Positions 55,065 to 64,000 of a stretch of DNA of 64,000 bases are shown here, piece by piece (within the stretch, counting starts at the first letter, position 1; each line of letters opens with the position of its first letter). The DNA is from Lytechinus pictus (taxonomy: Eukaryota), in assembly GCF_037042905.1 (NCBI RefSeq), contig NC_087246.1, positions 4,404,001 to 4,468,000 of the forward strand. The letters run 5' to 3'. Both the position numbers and the translations under genes were made by a program. The notes beneath the pieces were generated by a model. That model searched no databases. It was not told the origin of the DNA and was given only the letters and a program-made list of their open reading frames with translations.

Positions 55065-58000
55065 ATTGTTTATTGGTTGATTGATTGAATGTTTTTTTTT
55101 GTTCAGATGAATGGCTATACTTGATCCTCCATTGACTAATATATTGATTTGATTGGTTGAGTGATTTTGGGGGGTTATTGAGTGAATGGCTAATTGATCG
55201 TAGATTAATTTGATTTAGTGGTTGAGTGATTTTGGGGGTTGATTGAGTAAATGGCTAATTGATCATAGCTTGATTTGATTGATTGTGTGATTTTGGGGTT
55301 GATTGAGTGAATGGATAATTGATCATTAATTGACTAATAGATTGATTTGATTGGTTGAGTGATTTTGGGGGTTGATTGAGTGAATGGCTAATTGATCATT
55401 AATAATTGATTTGATTGTTTGAGTGATTGGGGGGGGGGTTATTGAGTGAATGGCTAATTGATCATAGATTAATTTGATTGAGAGGTTAAGTGATTTTGGG
55501 GGTTGATTGAGTGAATGGCTAATTGATCATTATTGACTAATATATTGATTTGAATGGATGAGTGATTTAGGGGGTTGACTGAGTGAATGGCTAATTGATC
55601 ATTATAGACTAATATATTGATTTGAATGGTTGAGTGATTTAGGGATTTGACTGAGTGAATGGCTAATTTATCATTATTGACTAATATATTGATTTGAATG
55701 GTTGAGTGATTTAGGGATTTGACTGAGTGAATGGCTAATTTATCATTATTGACTAATAGATTGATTTGAAATGTTGAGCGATTTGGGGGGCTGACTGAGT
55801 GAATGGCTAATTGATCATTATTGACTAATAGATTGATTTGAATGGATGAGTGATTTGGGGTTTTGATTGAGTAAATGGCTAATTGATCATAGATTGATTT
55901 GATTGATTGTGTGATTTTTGGGGTTGATTGAGTGAATGGCTAATTGATCATAGATTAATTTGATTTAGAGGTTAAGTGATTTTGGGGGTTGATTGAGTGA
56001 ATGGCTAATTGATCATTATTGACTAATAGATTGATTTGAATGGATGAGTGATTTGGGATTTTGACTTTGATTTTGAGTAAATGGCTAATTAATCAAAGAT
56101 TGATTTGATTGATTGTGTGATTTTGGGGGTTGATTGAGTGAATGGATAATTGACTATGAGTTAACTAAAGGATTAATTTGATTGGTTGAGTGATTTTGGG
56201 GTTGATTGAGTGAATGGCTAATTGATCATTAATTGACTAATAGATTAATTTGATTGGTTGAGTGATTTAGAGGTTGATTGAGTAACTGGCTAATTGATCA
56301 AGAGTTGACTAATAGATTAATTTGATTGGTTGAGTGATTTTGGGGGTTGATTGAGTAACTGGCTAATTGATCATTAATTGACTAATAGATTAATTTGATT
56401 GGTTGAGTGATTTAGAGGTTGATTGAGTAACTGGCTAATTGATCATTAATTGACTAATATATTGATTTGATTGGTTGAGCGATTTGGAGGAATGAGTTAA
56501 TGGCTAATTGATCATGAGTTGACTAATAGATTAATTTGATTGGTTGAGTGATTTGGGGGTTGATTGAGTGAATGGCTAATTGATCATGAGTTGACTAATA
56601 TATTGATTTGATTGGTTGAGCGATTTGGGGGGAATGAGTGAATGGCTAATTGATCATGAGTTGACTAATAGATTGATTTGATTGGTTGAGCGATTTGGGG
56701 GGAATGAGTGAATGTCTAATTGATCATGAGTTGACTAATAGATTGATTTGAATGGATGAGTGATTTAGGGGGTTGACTGAGTGAATGGCTAATTGATCAT
56801 TATAGACTAATATATTGATTTGAATGGTTGAGTGATTTAGGGATTTGACTGAGTGAATGGCTAATTTATCATTATTGACTAATATATTGATTTGAATGGT
56901 TGAGTGATTTAGGGATTTGACTGAGTGAATGGCTAATTTATCATTATTGACTAATAGATTGATTTGAAATGTTGAGCGATTTGGGGGGCTGACTGAGTGA
57001 ATGGCTAATTGATCATTATTGACTAATAGATTGATTTGAATGGATGAGTGATTTGGGGTTTTGATTGAGTAAATGGCTAATTGATCATAGATTGATTTGA
57101 TTGATTGTGTGATTTTTGGGGTTGATTGAGTGAATGGCTAATTGATCATAGATTAATTTGATTTAGAGGTTAAGTGATTTTGGGGGTTGATTGAGTGAAT
57201 GGCTAATTGATCATTATTGACTAATAGATTGATTTGAATGGATGAGTGATTTGGGATTTTGACTTTGATTTTGAGTAAATGGCTAATTAATCAAAGATTG
57301 ATTTGATTGATTGTGTGATTTTGGGGGTTGATTGAGTGAATGGATAATTGACTATGAGTTAACTAAAGGATTAATTTGATTGGTTGAGTGATTTTGGGGT
57401 TGATTGAGTGAATGGCTAATTGATCATTAATTGACTAATAGATTAATTTGATTGGTTGAGTGATTTAGAGGTTGATTGAGTAACTGGCTAATTGATCAAG
57501 AGTTGACTAATAGATTAATTTGATTGGTTGAGTGATTTTGGGGGTTGATTGAGTAACTGGCTAATTGATCATTAATTGACTAATAGATTAATTTGATTGG
57601 TTGAGTGATTTAGAGGTTGATTGAGTAACTGGCTAATTGATCATTAATTGACTAATATATTGATTTGATTGGTTGAGCGATTTGGAGGAATGAGTTAATG
57701 GCTAATTGATCATGAGTTGACTAATAGATTAATTTGATTGGTTGAGTGATTTGGGGGTTGATTGAGTGAATGGCTAATTGATCATGAGTTGACTAATATA
57801 TTGATTTGATTGGTTGAGCGATTTGGGGGGAATGAGTGAATGGCTAATTGATCATGAGTTGACTAATAGATTGATTTGATTGGTTGAGCGATTTGGGGGG
57901 AATGAGTGAATGGCTAATTGATCATGAGTTGACTAATAGATTGATTTGATAGGTTGAGCGATTTGGGGGGAATGAGTGAATGGCTAATTGATCATGAGTT

Positions 58001-58720
58001 GACTAAAAGATTTAATTTGATTGGTTGAGTGATTTTTGGGTTGATTGAGTGAATGGCTAATTGATCATTAATTGACTAATAGATTAATTTGATTGGTTGA
58101 GTGATTTAGAGGTCGATTGAGTGAATGGCTTATTGATCATGAGTTGACTAATAGATTAATTTGATTGGTTGAGTGATTTTGGGGTTGATTGAGTGAGTGG
58201 CTAATTGATCATTAATTGACTAATAGATTGATTTAATTGGTTGAGTGATTTGGGGGTTGATTGAGTGAATGACTAATTATTGATCATACACATTAGCATT
58301 GGCGGCGGAAGCCAAACAAATTAGGGGGGACCACCAATTTTTTTGACAAGGAAACAAAATTGACAAGCAAAAAAAAAAAGGTAATAAACAAGAAATTTAG
58401 GGGGGGGGGTGGTCGTCTCCCCATCTCAAATTTAGGGGGTACAAGTCCCCCCCGTCCCCCCCCCCCCCGCTTCCGCTGCCTATGATCATACATTGATTTG
58501 ATTGGTTGAGTGATTTTGGGGGTTGATTGGGTGAATGCATGGCTAATTGATCATGAGTTGACTAATAGATCAATTTGATTGTTTGAGTGGTTTTGGGGGT
58601 TGATTGAGTGAATGGCTAATTGATCATTAATTGACTAATTTATTGATTTGATTGGTTTAGTGATTTTGAGGATTGATTGAGCTTATGGTTAATTGATCAT
58701 TAATTGACTGAAAGTTTGAA
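55065..58720. repeat. G/T-rich minisatellite, ~60-75 bp unit
   Basis: Tandem GATTGATTTGATTGGTTGAGTGATTTTGGGGGTTGATTGAGTGAATGGCTAATTGATCAT... units. Confidence 0.97.
58291..58484. mobile_element. hAT-like MITE inserted in the minisatellite
   Basis: TIR CATTGGCGGCGGAAGC / GCTTCCGCTGCCTATG and an 8-bp TSD ATCATACA (58283-58290, 58485-58492). Confidence 0.85.
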
Positions 58721-59289
58721 TTGATTAATTTAGTAAGTTATTATTTGTTTATTTATATATTCATTTATTAATCTATTTGTTTTCAGTTTATGTAATTATT
58801 GATTTATTTATTTAGTGAGTTTGCGGGATATTTAAATGTTTGTTTGATCAATTGCTTATTGGCTGACATATTATTTTTGTGGAAGGGGAAATAATAAAGC
58901 GCACTTAACTTTATTTCTTGTATTCGTAGAACCCCACTAATGTTAAATGAATAAATAATGACAATTCTGAGTCTGAGAAAATTTTGAGGATACTTCTTTA
59001 CCTTTATCACGGTTGAGCGGCATGTGCGATTTAATCTATCTATGCATTCATATCATGCTATATACAAATCAAGTTGAAGTTAATTCCTGCATATTGCTGC
59101 ATACACGTCGAATCATGGTTCAAGTGTTGAAATTTCATCAAATTTTTGTTTGTTGTACTTAAAAAAAAATCTCAGCTCGAAGATAAAGCCCAATTAATGA
59201 AACCAATGTATGTTATCATGAGTCTCCATGGTGATGAAAGACGACTGTATATAATATATACTTCTCTCTTCTAATCATCACATTATGGA

Positions 59290-59975
59290 TCTAAAGTACA
59301 ATTACTAGTCGTAGAGTATAGTAAGAAAGAGAGGCAATCATTACGGTCTTCTAAAGCGTTGATTTCATCAAAGCATTGATTTTACTTTTAGAATATAAGG
59401 CGATGTTGGATATCTACGTATTATTTGGAGCTCCCAAAGGTGTTTAAAGCACTATGGGGTTCGAGGAATAGCACATAGTTGGTATAGTAGCTAACTCTCC
59501 AATCGATTTCAATGTACTAAATATAATACCTGCTTGTCAGAACCTAAGAAAATAGTGTGTGGAGTTCCGCAAGGGTCCTTGTTATGGCCTTTGTTATAAT
59601 TATTGTACATAATTTACTGAATTGCAAATGTGTCAAATATCGCATCATTCATGATAATACAAATACTGTTTGCGGGTAAAGATCTAACTTCCTTGCAAGA
59701 ACAAGTAAATGATAATCTCTCTGAACTGTGCATGTGGTTCAACCCCCGTTAATGTAACTTCATTGTTTTCATAATCGCAACAAGCATGTGACACTGCAAA
59801 ATTACAACTGAATAGCATTGGATTCCTAAGGTTGAAAAATACAAACTTAGTACTTTTCCGTCTAACCTAAAGAAACTTGTTACAAAACAAAATAAAATAG
59901 TTAGAATCATAGCTGGAGCAAGCCCAAGATCTAAAATTAGCACATTATACTTTGAGTTTAAACTGCTTACTTTAG
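59290..59975 (+). pseudogene. Highly decayed LINE reverse-transcriptase fragment
   Basis: HYGVRGIA and CGVPQGSLLWPLL*LLYI (from 59558) motifs, with stops and deletions. Confidence 0.75.
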
Positions 59976-59978
59976 AAG

Positions 59979-62900
59979 CATAGGCGGATCCAGGGAGGGG
60001 GGTCAGGGGAAGTCTTGGGAAATGATTTTTAAATATATTTCATCTCACTATATAATGAATTTTCGCTCGCGCTCCGCGCTCGCATTGCCTGTTCGATGAG
60101 ATACACATCTTGCTCAATAGGCTGATATGTAGCTTATAATATCAAGTTTTAAAATCAATATATACAAAGCATATTTCAGCTCAGACAACGAGTTTTCAAA
60201 AGTGCTCTGTAAAATGTCCGTTTTATGTTGTGAATATCATTTGCAGCTTTTTGCGCTGTGCGCTCAAATTATTTGATTTGCCAAGTAGGCCTCCATGTTG
60301 TCTTTGTTTATTCCATACGATTCTTTATATATTAATTATATAACAAACTAGTTAAAATCCACATTTTATGACAGTTTATCACAAAAATTCTCTCGCGATT
60401 TGCGCTCGCATTAATTTTTACAAATATATCAACTCCTGAATCATATTCATGATTACAAAAGTGCTTAAAATATCCAGGTTTCAGGCCTCAATGTCGACAA
60501 ATTTCACTCACTCATTAGGCTTATTATTTAAATAAATATAATGAAATTTTCATGAATTCCTAATAACTGAATTGTCCCCTTTTAAGAAAGGAATATCGAC
60601 AAGTTTCATATCGCGCTTAGGAAGAGGAATAGGAAGTCATAATTTTCATATGATGACAAATGTCCTTGGGCCTAGAATATCCAGGTCCTAGCATCGCACT
60701 CGCATCATTTATTAAGTGCTATCCACATCCACTTCACAATCCCCCTACACAGTGCTTAAGATATTGCCTAAATTCACCCTTTTCATACCGGATCAAATAT
60801 TTTTCACTCGCGCTTCGCGCTCGCATTATTGATTTTCATGATAAAAAATAAATCAGATATATTCAGAATGCCCAATTTCTGGCTAACAATATTTTCAGCT
60901 CGTGCTTTGCACTCGCTTTATTGATTAACATGATAAAAAATGAAATGTATTCAGAACGCCCAGATTCTGGCTAACTCTAAAACACGCGCACACATGTTTA
61001 TTGAAATACGCAGCTTGATCTTTATTCAAAACGTGCTACAATTATCCAGTTTCAGATTCAAATTCAAATTCAAATTTATTTCCACAATTAAAAATATGCA
61101 TATATACAAATCATTGACATTAAAAGATATATTACACGTGGAGGGGTCAAAGAAAGCACAACTGCTTGTATAAATAGGCCCCAAAGTAAGAATAAATCAT
61201 ATTAATACAGGTAAAATGATCAATAAAAAAGTAATCATAATCATGACATAATTACAAAAAAGTCTAAGAGAAAGGAGGGGGTGAAAACAAATCATTACAA
61301 TAAATGGAAAGCCGTGTTTAGAAGTGTTTTGTTTTGGAGACATGCACGTTTAAATTGATTTAAAGATTTTGATAATTTAACAGAATTACTGTAGGTAATG
61401 AGTTCCAAAAGAGTGGTCCAAAAAAAAAATAGATCGTCTAGTTAAAGCTATGCGTGGCAAAGGAGGGTGGTAACTGTTTCAATTTCTAGTTTGATATGAG
61501 TGATACAAATTATTGATTTTAAAATAATCTTGAAGCGACTTAGGTAACATTGTGGCTGTGGCATTTGTACATGAATAAACAGGTCTGTAATGATATGATA
61601 TTCTGAATCGGTAAGATATTGTTTCGTTGGAAGAGATGTGCACTTTCAGAGAGGTAATCGGAATGAGTTATAAGACGGATTGCTCATTTTTGTAAAATAA
61701 AAATTTTCTGTATATTTCTTTTAGTTGTAAATCCCCATGCAATCACTCCATAGTTAATGGTAGATGTGATAAAAGCATGATACAACATTTTTAGAACTGA
61801 AGTTGGCAAAAAATTAAGTTTAGCTATTACCCCAATCTTTTTGGCAATTTTATTACAGACCTGTTAATATGAAAGTTCCAAGATAAATTGTCATCCAAAT
61901 AAATACCTACAAATTTTACATTGTGAAGTTGAGTAATTTCAAAGTTATTATAGAATAATTTCAAGTTGTCTATCTTATGGCTGCATGTACTCAACAACAT
62001 ATAATTGGTGTTTGAAGTATTCACAATTAAATTATTGACTGACATCCACTCATTAATCTTTTTAAGCTGTGAATTCATATCTCTAAACAGAAAATCAACA
62101 TTACTACCAGACATAGAGACACACGTGTCATCAGCAAATAACACAAAATTTAGCATATTTGAACACTGGGGTAAATCATTTATAAATAACAGAAAAAGGA
62201 GTGGACCGAGGACTGAACCCTGGGGCACTCCATATCTCACTGTCATGGAGCTTGACTCACATTTGTTAAATATAGTAATTTGTTCTCGATCGGTTAAATA
62301 ATCTGTGATCCATTTGAGTGGCAAGCCCCTTATTACCATGGTAATCTAATTTTTTAACAGAATAGAGTGGTCAATAACATCAAACGCTTTAGAGAGATCA
62401 ATTAAATATTGCTAGAGTATGTTCTTCGTTATTAATAGAGTTGTGTATCTTATGTGTGAGCTCCAAGACAGCTGACGATGTGGAGTGCCCCTTCCTGAAT
62501 CCATACTGGTTGTTAAATATTATATCATTTTCATCAATAAAACTAATAATCCTGTTATACACACATTTCTCAAGTATTTTAGCAAATATATTTAATACAG
62601 ATATTGGACGATAATTGTTCGTATTTTCTCGACTTCCACTTTTGTGTATGGGAGTGACCTTAGCAATCTTCAAATATTTGGGAACAGTACCTGTTGATAT
62701 GCTTAAATTAAAAATATTATATAATGGAATGCATATCAATGAAATTGTTTTTTTTTTCAATACTTTAACAACTATTGAATCCATACCAGGACTAGAGTCG
62801 TTTGACATATCTTTCACAATATCATAAATTTCTTTGCATGTTATTGGTTTAAAAACATAGATTTCAGGTTACGTTGTGGAATGTAATCCTGAAATGAAAG

Positions 62901-64000
62901 TACAGATGAATAGTTAATAGCAGTATGTTGATTTATCAATTTTTCACCAATAGTTACAAAATGATTATTAAATGCATTCGCAATAAGTGAATTGTCAGAC
63001 AATGTTTGACCATAAGGAGTAATAATTGAGTCAATAGGTTTAGAATTAAGTTTCTTACCCATTATATTATTTATTAATTTCCATGTAGAATGGATATTGT
63101 CTTTCACCTGTTTGAATTCTTGTGTGTAATAATTAGATTTGACTTTGCGCAGCTGATAAGTCACAAAATTTCTATATTTTTTATATTTCATTTAAATTTG
63201 TTGGATTTCTGATATATATTTCTTGTATAGGTTATTCTTTTTTATACATAATTTTCTAAGTTTCCTAGTCATCCATGGTTTTTTAATTCCTTTTCTTTAT
63301 GGAATAGCTTCTTATGGGGAAGCAGTCATTGTAATGACGTAAAAATATACCTAAAAAATGATTGTACTTTGTTTCAACGTTGTTACTTGAATTAACATCA
63401 AATTGAGAGTTAGACAACTTTATAAAGAAGTTCTGTAACGATAAGTCATCAAAGCTTCTCTTAATGCAATAAGTATCAGCAGGTTTGTCATTATAATAGG
63501 AGATTGAAGGTAGCAAAAGATGATCACTTACATCTGTCACTAAAAATTCCAGAATTAAATCAGATGATGACAAAGACAATGATGACAATGATTTTATTTA
63601 CCCATGTCACCCTAATTCGGGTATTGGGGACACTATCATATAGAACATAGCATATTCAAAATCATTTTAAGTTTATTTACAAATATGCAAATAGATCAGA
63701 AATACAAATCAGAAATACAAATAGATCAGAACATCAAAATTTTCTGCTCGCGCTTTGCGCTCGCATTATTAATGTAGGAAGACACCAAATTACCCATCCT
63801 TTTTTATGATTTACAAAACATGAATAGGGTGTCCCATTTTAGGTCTGAAATCTCTTTTTTTCCCGCTCGCGCTCCGCGCTCGCATCGATTGTTTGGTTAT
63901 TTACCTATACCTTTAATGATTTAAAAAAAATGCTTAGAATGTCATTTTTTAGGTCGGAATGTCAAAACTTTTCAGCTCGCGCTTCGCTCTCGCTTTATTT
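59979..64000 (-). mobile_element. Second copy of the GCGCGAAGCGC hAT-like element, split by a LINE insertion and running off the window
   Basis: Starts CATAGGCGGATCCAGG. 60050-61056 and ~63720-64000 are reverse-complement homologous to 10560-11900. Confidence 0.8.
61057..63690 (-). mobile_element. 5'-truncated, frameshifted CR1/L2-group LINE (APE end + RT)
   Basis: ORF fragments with SDH (APE), NNYRPISVL, QYGFR, GVPQGSVLGPLLFLLFINDL and FADDT. The 3' tail is AATAAA(TTTGAA)n at 61057-61080. Confidence 0.95.

Overview
AT-rich, repeat-dense eukaryotic DNA. The repeat types and gene structure suggest a marine invertebrate, probably a sea urchin (inference only). The only well-supported host gene is a + strand nuclear receptor. 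Five coding exons (47891-48149, 48443-48624, 48848-49087, 49453-49705, 50664-50911) splice through GT-AG introns with matching phases into 393 aa. The protein is an NR1-group (E78/E75/ROR-like) receptor with a divergent second zinc finger, no helix-11 His and an intact AF-2. Candidate non-coding first exons lie 10-24 kb upstream. The rest is mobile DNA. (1) A nested foldback transposon at 1-6727 carries arrays of perfect RFX X-box palindromes and YY1-like motifs. (2) A very young composite-like element at 38404-40336 has two identical 463-bp TIR-bearing direct repeats and a TSD only at the outer ends (KolobokP-like). (3) There are many MITEs (CACT-, Harbinger-, hAT- and Kolobok-like ends), a tRNA-derived SINE and decayed CR1/L2-group LINEs. 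(4) A 3.6-kb minisatellite contains a 1198-bp higher-order duplication. There are no prokaryotic features and no CRISPR array. All calls are by eye; no database searches were run.
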